A program made the translations under genes and the position numbers. The notes below the pieces were generated by a model. That model worked only from the letters and a program-made list of their open reading frames with translations, was not told where the DNA came from and did not search any database. 32,000 bases of DNA from Desulfocapsa sulfexigens DSM 10523 (GTDB taxonomy: Bacteria; Desulfobacterota; Desulfobulbia; Desulfobulbales; Desulfocapsaceae): positions 1,050,001 to 1,082,000 of the forward strand of contig NC_020304.1 of the NCBI RefSeq assembly GCF_000341395.1. Reading direction: 5' to 3'. This document shows positions 16,460-25,916 of the stretch, piece after piece. Within the stretch, counting starts at the first letter, position 1. Each line of letters opens with the position of its first letter.

Positions 16460-17038
16460 ATGCTCAAACGAACAGTTTTCCTTCTCTGCTGTCTCCTTTT
16501 CCTACCCTGTCTGGCACAGGCCCATAAAATTCATGTCTTCGCCTGGGTGTCGGGGAATACGGTGACCGTGGAGTCAAGTTTTTCAGGGAACAGGCCATTA
16601 ATCAACGGGACTGTAACCATACAGGATAATAAATCCAAAGCTATTCTATTGGAGGGTACAGGAGATAAAAAAGGAATTTTTACCTTCGCTATCCCGGCCC
16701 TTGCCAGAGAAGGGAAAATGGATCTCCTGGTCGTGGTCAGCGGAAGCGAAGGACATCAGAGCCAGTGGCTGATCCCGGCAGACGAGTATCTCTCCACTCA
16801 ACCACCCGTTAACGTTCCTGCCCAGGCGCCTGCCACGGTCGACAATGACGAACTCAAAGAGATGATCCGACAAATACTCTCCCAGGAGCTTGCCCCCATC
16901 AAACGAAGCCTTGCGGCCGCTGAGAACAGAAAACCTGGTTTTCGTGACATCATAGGCGGTATCGGCTACCTTCTTGGTCTTGCGGGACTCGTTGCCTGGT
17001 TAAAAAATCGTCGTCCAACAGATCTGTCCAAGAAATGA
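16460..17038 (+). CDS. NikL/CbiL-like auxiliary nickel transport protein
   Basis: Signal peptide, HKIHVFAWVSGNTVTVESSFS...GNRPLINGTV; C-terminal TM; position between cbiM and cbiQ. Confidence 0.82.
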   Translation: MLKRTVFLLCCLLFLPCLAQAHKIHVFAWVSGNTVTVESSFSGNRPLINGTVTIQDNKSKAILLEGTGDKKGIFTFAIPALAREGKMDLLVVVSGSEGHQSQWLIPADEYLSTQPPVNVPAQAPATVDNDELKEMIRQILSQELAPIKRSLAAAENRKPGFRDIIGGIGYLLGLAGLVAWLKNRRPTDLSKK

Positions 17039-17796
17039 TGGAGGAGCCCTTTGCCACTGGCACAAGTTTTTTCCACAGACGCGATCCCCGGGTCAAACTT
17101 ATTGCTGCCGCATGCCTCAGTCTGGTACTTGCCCTTACAACCTCATTTATAATAGCAACAACAGGCTGTCTTATTACAGCGCTTCTGCTCTTCTTTTCCA
17201 GGCCGAATCCGTCCCGTGTTCTCAAACGGATCGCAGTCGTCAATATCTTCACCCTTTTTCTTCTTCTCACCCTTCCCTTTACCTATGGTGGGGATGAGAC
17301 AGCGCACCTGCGATTCTTCCACTTCAGCCTGGATGGTCTGCACATGGCGGCACTTATTGCATTAAAGAGTAACGGAATCCTCTTCTGCTTTCTGGCACTC
17401 CTTGCCACCTCCACTACTGTGAACCTTGGCCATGGCCTGGAAAAGCTTGGGATGCCGCGTAAGCTCGTCTTCCTCCTTCTCTTTTCCTATCGTCAGCTCT
17501 TTGTTATTCACCAGGAATATACACGACTCCAGCGAGCGGCAAAACTCAGGGGCTTTATCCCCGCCAACTCACTGCACACTTACCGCACCTACGGTCATCT
17601 CTTTGGTATGACCCTGGTAAAAAGCTGGAACCGTGCAGAGCAGATACAACAGGCCATGGTACTCCGTGGCTTCAGCGGCAGACTTATTCCCCTGAACCAG
17701 CCCAGTCCCACCCGGATCGATTACTTTTTTCTCTTTATATCCCTTCTGGTCAGCCTGATACTTAGCGGTTTTTCATTTGTCCCTCTTCCACTGTGA
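17035..17796 (+). CDS. cbiQ: CbiQ/NikQ ECF transporter T component
   Basis: FFHRRDPRVKLIAAACLSLVLAL...; ATGA-type overlap with the upstream gene. Confidence 0.9.
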   Translation: MMEEPFATGTSFFHRRDPRVKLIAAACLSLVLALTTSFIIATTGCLITALLLFFSRPNPSRVLKRIAVVNIFTLFLLLTLPFTYGGDETAHLRFFHFSLDGLHMAALIALKSNGILFCFLALLATSTTVNLGHGLEKLGMPRKLVFLLLFSYRQLFVIHQEYTRLQRAAKLRGFIPANSLHTYRTYGHLFGMTLVKSWNRAEQIQQAMVLRGFSGRLIPLNQPSPTRIDYFFLFISLLVSLILSGFSFVPLPL

Positions 17797-17802
17797 TCCT
17801 AT

Positions 17803-18531
17803 ATGAGCAAGGCACCACTCCTCGAACTCCGTAATATCAGTTACTCTCATCCGGGCCACAGCGCACCACTGCTCGACAGTATCAGCTTCCATATCGATAC
17901 TGATCGCATTGGGCTGATTGGTCCTAATGGTTGTGGCAAGACAACATTTTTTGAAATTATAATGGGACTGCTAAAGGCTGAAACGGGAGAAATTCTCCTG
18001 GATGGTACGGTAATGGAGAATGAAAAAGATTTTCGTTCCCTGCGAAGAAAGCTAGGATTCCTCTTCCAAAACTCGGATGATCAGCTCTTTTCACCTACGG
18101 TGCTGGAGGATGTGGCATTTGGCCCTCTCAACCTTGGAATGACACCGGATAGTGCCAGGGAAGTCTCAATAAAAACCCTGGAACACCTCGGTCTGTTCGG
18201 TTTTGAAGACCGTATCACCCATAAATTATCAGGCGGCGAGAAGAAGCTTGTGGCCCTCGCCACCATCCTCTCCATGGAACCAAAACTGCTGCTCCTTGAT
18301 GAACCAAGTAACAATCTCGATCCGGCAACCAGAGAACGATTAATAGAGATCCTGCGGAACCAGGACCTGGCACATATCATCATCTCCCATGACCTGGACT
18401 TTCTTGCCTCCACCTGCAGCAGACTCTACACTCTCCACGATGGCAAACTCATCCGCTGTGAAGAGAAACAGATCCATAGCCATGAACATATTCATCCCTA
18501 TGGTGAGCACCCTCATCAGCATGGAACGTGA
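17803..18531 (+). CDS. cbiO: CbiO/NikO ECF transporter ATPase
   Basis: Walker A GLIGPNGCGKTTFF, LSGGEKKLVALATILSMEPKLLLLDEPSNNLDP; His-rich C-terminus HSHEHIHPYGEHPHQHG. Confidence 0.95.
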   Translation: MSKAPLLELRNISYSHPGHSAPLLDSISFHIDTDRIGLIGPNGCGKTTFFEIIMGLLKAETGEILLDGTVMENEKDFRSLRRKLGFLFQNSDDQLFSPTVLEDVAFGPLNLGMTPDSAREVSIKTLEHLGLFGFEDRITHKLSGGEKKLVALATILSMEPKLLLLDEPSNNLDPATRERLIEILRNQDLAHIIISHDLDFLASTCSRLYTLHDGKLIRCEEKQIHSHEHIHPYGEHPHQHGT

Positions 18532-18546
18532 ACAGAGGAAAAGAGA

Positions 18547-18999
18547 TCATATCTGATACTGCGCCGCGATATCATCAGGGACACGGGTGGGCCGCCCACT
18601 CTTCACCGTGATCATGGTGAAACTGACATTTCCCTGGGCAGCGACCTTCTCACGCTCTCCCTTTACGATCCAGAAATTAATCATCACCCTGGCACCATGG
18701 AATTCTTCAAGCTGGGTACGTACTTTTACGACGCCGTCCTGCAGCAATATTGGCCGCTTATACTGGATATTCACCTCTGTGGCCACCCAGGAAAACCCGC
18801 GCGCCACAAACTCCTCCATTGCTACCTTGTAATCCTTTTTCATCTGGTCATAGCGGGCCATAAGGATATAATCCAGATACCTGGAATAGTGAACATGGTT
18901 ATTCATGTCGATATCATCAGGACGTACCGTAATATCTGTCTCAAAGATGGAATACATTTTTTTCCTGTAGTTGTATTTCATAGCCCCCTCACAGTTCAT
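18547..18999 (-). CDS. acyl-CoA thioesterase (4HBT family)
   Basis: FETDITVRPDDIDMNNHVHYSRYLDYILMARYDQM...RPILLQDGVVKVRTQLEEFHGARVMINFWI. Start may be an internal Met. Confidence 0.88.
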   Translation of the reverse strand: MNCEGAMKYNYRKKMYSIFETDITVRPDDIDMNNHVHYSRYLDYILMARYDQMKKDYKVAMEEFVARGFSWVATEVNIQYKRPILLQDGVVKVRTQLEEFHGARVMINFWIVKGEREKVAAQGNVSFTMITVKSGRPTRVPDDIAAQYQI

Positions 19000-19100
19000 C
19001 CATATTGAGCGGGTGATAAAAGTCCCTCAAAAATCACGAAGTACTCGTATAATAGGCTGACCACATAAAAGAATCACGGAAAAAACTATGGTGGTGGCAT

Positions 19101-19255
19101 CCCCACCTGAGGAGGAGTTTTTTTTCGTGTTGATTATATGGGCATCTGCGGCCTGGACGGCCGCAGCAGAGCCCCCAGGGATGGGTTTATGGCGTCCCAT
19201 ATAATCGACACGGAACAACTCCGGGTTGCAAAGCTGAGTTTCGATGGTAATCAGG
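19101..19255 (-). repeat. MITE-like repeat element, copy 2 (inverted relative to copy 1)
   Basis: Reverse complement reads cctgattaccatcgaaactcagctttgcaacccggagttgttccgtgtcgattatatgggacgccataaacccatccctgggggctctgctgcggccgtccaggccgcag..., matching 5310-5461. TIRs at 19115-19142 and 19196-19221. Confidence 0.88.
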
Positions 19256-19283
19256 AACAGAAACGGCCGAATCTGGCAAGAAA

Positions 19284-20144
19284 TCAGATAGTATTACTCC
19301 GAATACGGCTATACACAAGCCAGAGACCACCAGTGACAATACAGAGTCCACCAATCCAGGTAGCCAGGGTCGGCACCTCACCCCAGAAGAAATAGCCATA
19401 TAGTACTGAGAGGACAACGGAGGCATAACTAGATGCGGCAATTGCCGGCGCCTTATCGTGGCGATAAGCCAAAGTAAGCAGATATTGTCCAGAGCTTGCC
19501 AGAAGTGAAACTCCGGCAATCACCCCCCACTGCTGCCAGCTAGGCATCTGGAACCTTTGGTAGCAGAGTATCCCACTGATAAGTGCCAGCAAGACGGTAA
19601 CATTAAAAACGATCACACCAGCATCATCGGTACGGGCAAGCCTTCTCACCAGAAGATGAGCAATGGCTGACGTGGCGGCGGCAAGCAGTGCCACCCAGGA
19701 TGCCACACTCCAGTCAAGTCCTGGCCGCATAATAATAAGTGAACCGGCAAGTCCACAGAGGACCGCAACCCATGCCTCTTTCGGAGCACGTTCTCCTACA
19801 ATAAAGGGTGCAGCGAGAACAAGGAGCAGAGGCTGAGTACGGCCAATAAAGACACAATCGGCAAGGGGCATATTCGTGAGGGCGTAATAAAAACTGAACA
19901 TGGCTATAGCGCCAAAGAGGGTACGGAGCAACAAAGTCTCCCAGGCTCTAGCAACCAGTGGTTTTCCCCGTTTCATAAGTGACGCAAAGAGAAAAGGAAT
20001 TGCCAGCAGACAACGAAGAAACATGAGTTCTGTGAGTGGCAGAGAATCATCAAGGGCCTTGACCAACGTGGCCATGGTCACAAAACAGATTGAAGCACAG
20101 AGCATCAGTAAAATTCCCCGTATTTTTATTGTACCGCCCTCCAT
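19284..20144 (-). CDS. EamA/DMT-superfamily transporter
   Basis: Ten-TM-like hydrophobic profile; FLRCLLAIPFLFASLMKRG...ALTNMPLADCVFIGRTQPLLLVLAAPFIVGERAP; second EamA half VLYGYFFWGEVPTLATWIGGLCIVTGGLWLV. Confidence 0.9.
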   Translation of the reverse strand: MEGGTIKIRGILLMLCASICFVTMATLVKALDDSLPLTELMFLRCLLAIPFLFASLMKRGKPLVARAWETLLLRTLFGAIAMFSFYYALTNMPLADCVFIGRTQPLLLVLAAPFIVGERAPKEAWVAVLCGLAGSLIIMRPGLDWSVASWVALLAAATSAIAHLLVRRLARTDDAGVIVFNVTVLLALISGILCYQRFQMPSWQQWGVIAGVSLLASSGQYLLTLAYRHDKAPAIAASSYASVVLSVLYGYFFWGEVPTLATWIGGLCIVTGGLWLVYSRIRSNTI

Positions 20145-20320
20145 TTCCTCTCCCAGTTCTTTCGGATTTTCCTTACCAGATAAGTCATATGGGGAAATTT
20201 ACACGCTCGACAAATTAAAAACAGATTTCTTTTTCCTATGGAAAGCAATAGAGAAGATGTAGACTTACGGGCAACAGATTTCCGGGATACTATCCCCTCC
20301 ACCAACTCAAACATACATTT

Positions 20321-22444
20321 ATGATAACCACTGGTATTGCCATCCTTCTTGCTATCGGCCTTATTGCGGCAAAAATATGTCAACGGATACACCTGCCTTC
20401 TGTCACCGGCTACATTATAGCCGGTTTGCTTCTTGGTCCCACCGGAATCAATCTTATATCCGAACAGTCCATCGGTCACAATCTGGATCACTTCACCAAT
20501 ATTGCCCTTATGTTGATTGCCTTTGGGATTGGTGAGCATATTGAGATTAAAAATCTCAAAAAACATGCCAGAAGCCTTCTGTTTATTGCCCTCTTTGAAA
20601 CAAGCTGTACCCTTGTTGTAGTCACATCCGCAATATTTGGAGTGATCACATTGACAGGCCTGCACATTGATGGCTGGCAGCTGAAAGAAAATCTGGCACT
20701 TTCCATTCTCCTGGGAGCCGTAAGTGTGGCGACTGCTCCTGCTGCAACGCTGCTGGTAATCCGGGAACTCAAAGCCAAAGGCCCTCTCACATCAACATTA
20801 ATGGCCATTGTCGCCATTGATAATGGGCTGGCAATCATCCTTTTTGGTTTTGCCGTATCCCTCACCCACCAGATTATAGGTCAAAGCGAAATCCCTCTGA
20901 TCTTCGCGATAGGAAATGGTTTCCTTGAAATATTCCTCTCCCTGCTCCTTGGCTGGGTTACAGGATTTTGCCTGGAAACGGTCCTGAGAAGACTCAAAAA
21001 AGATGGGGAAATGCTCACCGCCGGACTTGCTATTCTACTCCTTTGCAGTCAGTTTGCAGTATTTATGAACCTCTCAGCTCTGCTTGCAGGTATGGTCGCA
21101 GGATTTACCCTGGTAAACAAGGCAGAGCGTGATGTACGTGTGTTTCGGGTTCTAAATAGTTTTGAACCGCCCATTTATGTACTCTTTTTCACACTGGCTG
21201 GAACCCATCTTGACATTAAAACTCTGGGCAGTGTGGGAATCCTCGGTATTGTTTATTTTCTAGCCAGAATAACAGGTAAAATCAGCGGAGTTCAGCTTGG
21301 ATCTCGTTTCGGCAACACCCCTGATGTTGTCAGAAAACATCTTGGTTTCACCCTGGTTCCCCAGGCAGGAGTCGCCATTGGTCTCATTTTTCTTATCAGT
21401 GCAGACCCCAGCCTGGCATTTTACTCCTCGGTTATTACACCGGTGGTCCTCACGGGGGTGTTTCTCTCCGAGCTGATTGGCCCTCTTTCTGCAAAATTTG
21501 CGGTCATTGGAGCCAAAGAGGCCACTCTGCCTGATCATGAGGATCATGAAGAACCACAGTGTCTCGGTTTCACAGAAAAGGAATGCGATCAATTCATGAG
21601 ATCCGAGGCAGGTATAAAAATTCTCCCCTGGACCTGGCAGAAACTACAGCCTGCAGCCACCACTGAAAGCGTTGTTGTTTTTGGAGCAACACGTCGTCAT
21701 ACCGTTAACGGCATCGCAAGAATTGCTACAATTTTTGCCCATTATCATAAGGCTCTCCCCATGGCCGTACTCGTCCGGGGCGCAGATAAACCTCCGGTTC
21801 CTGCGAACTACTTCCAGACAGAACGTGAAGAAGTCAAATCCATGGGCTACAATCTATTGACTGAAGTCGTTCCAGACCGTGAAATTGCCTCGGGCCTGGT
21901 GGCAGCTGTTGAATACAACAACGCCAAGGCTGTCGTCCTCAGTTATCCCCTCCACGATGAGACCTCGGATTTCCCGAAAATACTGGAAACAGTCGCTGAA
22001 AATGTCTCCTGCCCGGTGGTGGTTGTACAATTTTATGGTATCCTGCATACAGAAAAAATCCTCGTTCCCGTCACCGATATGGACGACCTTGCTGAGGTCT
22101 ATCCAGTTGTAGCTGCACTCGATACCGTCGGTGAACATCAGATTCAACTGCTCTATCTTATCAGCTCTGATACAGACCAGGACGATATTAATGCTCATAC
22201 TGAAAGGGTCTATCACTGGCTGAAGGAACAACCCAAGCGGGTACATCTCTCAGTAAAGGCAGTCCCCACTGATTCCCGGGTGGAATGTATCCAACAGGAG
22301 GCAGAGAAACACGATATTGTTGTCATGGGAGCTATCCGCGCTCAGGGTGTCAGAAAATTTTTCTTTGGCTCACTGGCTGACAGCTTGGCAAAAAAACTGA
22401 AAAAACCTTTTATCGTGGTCTACGACGCCAAAAAAGATCAGTAA
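20321..22444 (+). CDS. CPA2-type cation:proton antiporter with C-terminal universal-stress-protein-like domain
   Basis: N-terminal Na/H exchanger TM region (RIHLPSVTGYIIAGLLLGPTGINLI); C-terminal KILVPVTDMDDLAEVYPVVAALD...AEKHDIVVMGAIRAQGVRKFFFGSLADSLAKKLKKPFIVV. Confidence 0.88.
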   Translation: MITTGIAILLAIGLIAAKICQRIHLPSVTGYIIAGLLLGPTGINLISEQSIGHNLDHFTNIALMLIAFGIGEHIEIKNLKKHARSLLFIALFETSCTLVVVTSAIFGVITLTGLHIDGWQLKENLALSILLGAVSVATAPAATLLVIRELKAKGPLTSTLMAIVAIDNGLAIILFGFAVSLTHQIIGQSEIPLIFAIGNGFLEIFLSLLLGWVTGFCLETVLRRLKKDGEMLTAGLAILLLCSQFAVFMNLSALLAGMVAGFTLVNKAERDVRVFRVLNSFEPPIYVLFFTLAGTHLDIKTLGSVGILGIVYFLARITGKISGVQLGSRFGNTPDVVRKHLGFTLVPQAGVAIGLIFLISADPSLAFYSSVITPVVLTGVFLSELIGPLSAKFAVIGAKEATLPDHEDHEEPQCLGFTEKECDQFMRSEAGIKILPWTWQKLQPAATTESVVVFGATRRHTVNGIARIATIFAHYHKALPMAVLVRGADKPPVPANYFQTEREEVKSMGYNLLTEVVPDREIASGLVAAVEYNNAKAVVLSYPLHDETSDFPKILETVAENVSCPVVVVQFYGILHTEKILVPVTDMDDLAEVYPVVAALDTVGEHQIQLLYLISSDTDQDDINAHTERVYHWLKEQPKRVHLSVKAVPTDSRVECIQQEAEKHDIVVMGAIRAQGVRKFFFGSLADSLAKKLKKPFIVVYDAKKDQ

Positions 22445-22567
22445 TGGGCTTGCAGAATCCATATACTCTCTATATGAATAATATTCAGTATCTAAAAATT
22501 GAGTAGAAAAACATCGTGGGAAACACACCGCGACACCACATTAAGAAAAGAGACAAAACAGGAAATC

Positions 22568-23137
22568 ATGCCAGATAGCAGAGAAGAGCTCAGAAAACTC
22601 ATTGCAGAACGCGCCCATATTGAGGACGGACACTATCGCACCCCATCGGGTATCATAACGGATCATTTCGATTTTTTTAAAATTTCCCTCAAGCATCAGG
22701 GAATAAAACTGGCAGGTGAACTTGTCTACAATGAAATCAAAGATCTCAATATCTGTGCCCTGGGCGGACCTGGCCATCCAATTGCCTCCGTCCTTTGCCG
22801 CGCTGCTTTTCTGAAAGAAATCGGGGTATTCTACATCCGTGACTCCATGCGCAAAGAAGGTAACTTAATGGAACCCAAATGGATCGAATCACGGATCAAG
22901 GCAGGGGATCGTGTGGCATTACTCGGAGATGTGGTTGCAACGGGAAGTCAGCTTATTCGGGCTCTTGAAGAAGTGATACAGTTTGGTGCCTATATTGTGA
23001 AAATTATCATCATAATAGACAGTGGAAATGGCAACGGGGTTGAAAACATACTGAAATTTGCCCAACTCAATCAGATGGATAACTGCCCTGTGGTCGCCCT
23101 CTATACAAGGGATGAAATTCTGGGAGTTGCTCCATGA
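22568..23137 (+). CDS. orotate phosphoribosyltransferase-like protein
   Basis: Start likely MPDSREELRKLIAERA (22568). Contains GHYRTPSGIITDHFDFFK, GGPGHPIASVL and RVALLGDVVATGSQLIRALE (PRPP-binding-like). Confidence 0.75.
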   Translation: MPDSREELRKLIAERAHIEDGHYRTPSGIITDHFDFFKISLKHQGIKLAGELVYNEIKDLNICALGGPGHPIASVLCRAAFLKEIGVFYIRDSMRKEGNLMEPKWIESRIKAGDRVALLGDVVATGSQLIRALEEVIQFGAYIVKIIIIIDSGNGNGVENILKFAQLNQMDNCPVVALYTRDEILGVAP

Positions 23138-23529
23138 GCAGTAAATCCAATTTCCCAATCACCCTGTTTTCTTTTGGTTATAAATATGACCCGCCGCAGG
23201 ATGTAAACTTTCTTTTTGATGTACGTTTTCTCGCTAATCCGTTTCATGAAAAGGAACTTCGTTCCTTCACAGGCCTGGAAGCCTCTATTGCTGATTTTGT
23301 CCTGAACAATGATTCTGGAAAAGAGTGTTTGCAGCAACTCCACCGTATAATAAAATTTCATGCAAACCAACTCCGGCAGAGCGGTAAAGATGAGCTGCGG
23401 ATAGGCATCGGCTGTACCGGTGGGCACCATCGCTCCGTTGCGGTAACCGAAGCCCTGGCAAATCTGCTCCGTGAAGACTTTGAAGCCGTCACTCACTTTC
23501 ACAGAGATATAAAAAAAGAAAGCCACTGA
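23134..23529 (+). CDS. standalone RapZ C-terminal domain-like protein
   Basis: LFSFGYKYDPPQDVNFLFDVRFLANPFHEKELRSFTGLEASIADFV...LRIGIGCTGGHHRSVAVTEALANLLRE...THFHRDIKK matches the RapZ/YvcJ C-terminal domain with no P-loop N-terminal half. ATGA overlap with upstream gene. Confidence 0.88.
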   Translation: MSSKSNFPITLFSFGYKYDPPQDVNFLFDVRFLANPFHEKELRSFTGLEASIADFVLNNDSGKECLQQLHRIIKFHANQLRQSGKDELRIGIGCTGGHHRSVAVTEALANLLREDFEAVTHFHRDIKKESH

Positions 23530-23540
23530 GTTACCTGCAC

Positions 23541-23577
23541 AAAAAAAAGCCTCCTGCTTCTCGAGCAGAAGGCTTTT
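23541..23577. terminator. bidirectional Rho-independent terminator
   Basis: AAAAAAAAGCCTcCTGCT-tctcg-AGCAGaAGGCTTTT between convergent genes. Confidence 0.9.
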
Positions 23578-23602
23578 AGCACCTTTTTATGATTATTATC
23601 TA

Positions 23603-23797
23603 TCAGCCGACAAGCGCAGCAACATAGCCTTTAACCACATTGAGAGGACCGATATTTACAAGAGCACTTACCAGGCACGCTGTGCCCCAGATTCCAACGA
23701 GTGCAGCCACAACCATTCCTGATCCAAGTGCAAACGTAGAAACTTCGTATCCAACATTAGCCTGAGTTCTAGTTACTGTATGAGTATTTGCAGTCAT
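23603..23797 (-). CDS. small membrane protein, 64 aa (paralog A)
   Basis: MTANTHTVTRTQANVGYEVSTFALGSGMVVAALVGIWGTACLVSALVNIGPLNVVKGYVAALVG; RBS ggaggacaccATG. Confidence 0.8.
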   Translation of the reverse strand: MTANTHTVTRTQANVGYEVSTFALGSGMVVAALVGIWGTACLVSALVNIGPLNVVKGYVAALVG

Positions 23798-23851
23798 GGT
23801 GTCCTCCTGATCTGTTGGAATGTATTCTTTCCCTTCGATTCTTTCTCTCTA

Positions 23852-24046
23852 CTAGCCAGTAATTGCGGTCAACAACGCCTTCGCTGTTCCAACCACTCCG
23901 TTATTCATTAATACACTTACCATACATGCTGTGGCCCAGAGTCCGATCATTGCAGCCGTTGCCATACCAACACCGAGTGCAAATTTTGAAGTTTCGTATC
24001 CAGCATTTACTTGAGTTCTGGTCGTTGTAATTGTATTTGCAGTCAT
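23852..24046 (-). CDS. small membrane protein, 64 aa (paralog B)
   Basis: MTANTITTTRTQVNAGYETSKFALGVGMATAAMIGLWATACMVSVLMNNGVVGTAKALLTAITG; same RBS context and architecture as paralog A. Confidence 0.8.
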   Translation of the reverse strand: MTANTITTTRTQVNAGYETSKFALGVGMATAAMIGLWATACMVSVLMNNGVVGTAKALLTAITG

Positions 24047-24421
24047 GGTGTCCTCCGTATAGGTTTGAGTTTGTGCTCTTTTCTGTTTTCTTGCCTTTTA
24101 TATAGCATCAATGATGCCAGTTTTTACTATCCGGAAAACAACAACAGACTCACAGTATAAGTAATTAGTATTACTCGACATGATAGGGAGAGTCCTCCAC
24201 TACCCTCGGAACACACATGTGGCGCATCCCCATGCCACAGTAGGCAGTTGTGTGGTATACGAAGAGAAAAGTGTGGTTTCGAACCGACGTTAGTGTTGCA
24301 GTTATTTAGGATAGGTACTTACAGGTGGCTATCATGGGACAATTATGCCGGATTCACTCGATCTCCTGAAGTACAACGTGAATTGCTGCACGAAACTCTC
24401 TGCAGTATGCATGTGCTACTC

Positions 24422-25318
24422 TCAACAACCGTCGCAGCCTGCCAAATAATTAAGAAAAGCCGAAGTAACGGGAGACAATGCCCTGTTTTTACGCTGAATC
24501 AGATAAAAAGGGCGATACAGAGTTTTTCCTGACAGAGCAACGCTCACCAGTCGGCCGCACTCAACCTCATCTGTCACAGCCAGGCGTGAAAGTATGGACA
24601 CTCCCATTCCGGCCTTCACTGCTTCTTTAATTGCAGCGGTGGAGCCTATTTCCGCAACCTCCCTGAGGCTGCTCTCCGAAAATCCATTCTCCTCTAAAAT
24701 TCTCGAAAAAACCCTTCGCGTTCCAGACTCAGGTTCCCGCAATATAAACGGCTCCTCAAGCACCTTCTGTATGGACACTTTTTTCTTCAAGGCCCATGGA
24801 TGTGAAGGATAAACCACAAGTGTCAATTCATCTGAAAACATTTCAGTCCAAGTCAAGCCATTTTCATTCCATTTAGCACCAACGACTCCAAATTCAATAT
24901 CTCCATCCAGTACCTTTTTTGAGATAATGCGTGAGCTGCTAATCGTGAGTGTTGCCTTTATTAAAGAATTTTGATTACAAAAATCCCCAATTAACCGGGG
25001 CAGGATATACGTTCCCGGGATTGTACCACAACCAAGGCGGATCCTTCCAACCAGCTTTCCACTGTACTGCTCAATTGCCTGAACAGCCTCACTTCTGGTT
25101 TCAAGAATTTTTCTGGCATAACCGTACAACACGCTTCCAGCGGGACTTACACCGATATCACGTCCGAGTCTATCCACCAGTTTTTGACCAAGTTCCTCCT
25201 CAAGGCTACGGACATGCTCGCTGATCGTGGGCTGAGATAACAACATCGCCTCGGCAGCACGGGTGAAACTTTTCAATTCCACCACTTTACAAAAAGCCTC
25301 AAGTTTTCTGATTTCCAT
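24422..25318 (-). CDS. LysR-family transcriptional regulator
   Basis: MEIRKLEAFCKVVELKSFTRAAEAMLLSQPTISEHVRSLEEELGQKLVDR (start at 25318), with LysR substrate-binding domain. Confidence 0.95.
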   Translation of the reverse strand: MEIRKLEAFCKVVELKSFTRAAEAMLLSQPTISEHVRSLEEELGQKLVDRLGRDIGVSPAGSVLYGYARKILETRSEAVQAIEQYSGKLVGRIRLGCGTIPGTYILPRLIGDFCNQNSLIKATLTISSSRIISKKVLDGDIEFGVVGAKWNENGLTWTEMFSDELTLVVYPSHPWALKKKVSIQKVLEEPFILREPESGTRRVFSRILEENGFSESSLREVAEIGSTAAIKEAVKAGMGVSILSRLAVTDEVECGRLVSVALSGKTLYRPFYLIQRKNRALSPVTSAFLNYLAGCDGC

Positions 25319-25475
25319 GATCTCTCCTGTACCTATAATCGCCATATCACCGATATCTATGTACAAGAAGTATGCCATAGATATTTCCTATTTGTGTTAT
25401 ACAATAAAACAATTTATAAGTTTTTCCTCATCCTTTTTTTTCAAACTGTTCATTATTAACCAACGAGGAATTCTC

Positions 25476-25901
25476 ATGAAAAAAATCAGTATTATCTCAA
25501 TGCTTTTCATCTTTCTGCTCAATGTGGCAGCCATTTTTGATTCCTATAATTTCCTGACAGCTGACGAGTTCAAGGCATGGCTTGAGGCTGACAAAGAAAT
25601 GATCATCGTAGATATCCAGGTAAAAGATGAATTTGCGTCCCACCATTTCCCGGGATCAATAGAAACGAATGCATTTCCTGTAAAAACAGAGGCACAGAAG
25701 AATCTGATTCTTCCAGCAGTAGAGGCCTATAAAAAGACCGGACACGATGTTGTTGTTATCTGCCCAAGAGGTGGTGGTGGTGCAAAAAGCTGTTACTCTT
25801 ACATGAAAAGCCAGGGAGTTCCTGAGGAAAAACTGACCATTTTAAAAGGTGGCGTTGCCAAATGGCCATACCGGGAAATGCTGGTCAGCAACAATAAATA
25901 A
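25476..25901 (+). CDS. exported rhodanese-like sulfurtransferase
   Basis: Start at 25476 (MKKISIISMLFIFLLNVAAIFDS, signal sequence); FLTADEFKAWLEADKEMIIVDIQVKDEFASHHFPGSI...VVVICPRGGGGAKSCY. Confidence 0.88.
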   Translation: MKKISIISMLFIFLLNVAAIFDSYNFLTADEFKAWLEADKEMIIVDIQVKDEFASHHFPGSIETNAFPVKTEAQKNLILPAVEAYKKTGHDVVVICPRGGGGAKSCYSYMKSQGVPEEKLTILKGGVAKWPYREMLVSNNK

Positions 25902-25916
25902 TACTCCAAAGGCACA

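Noticed and set aside
19187-19519. Minus-strand ORF overlapping the EamA gene and containing PDYHRNSAL
   Set aside because: Out of frame with the EamA transporter; the shared peptide reflects the repeat element.
24248-24532. 94-aa + strand ORF
   Set aside because: Overlaps the LysR gene end antisense and shows no recognisable features; likely spurious.
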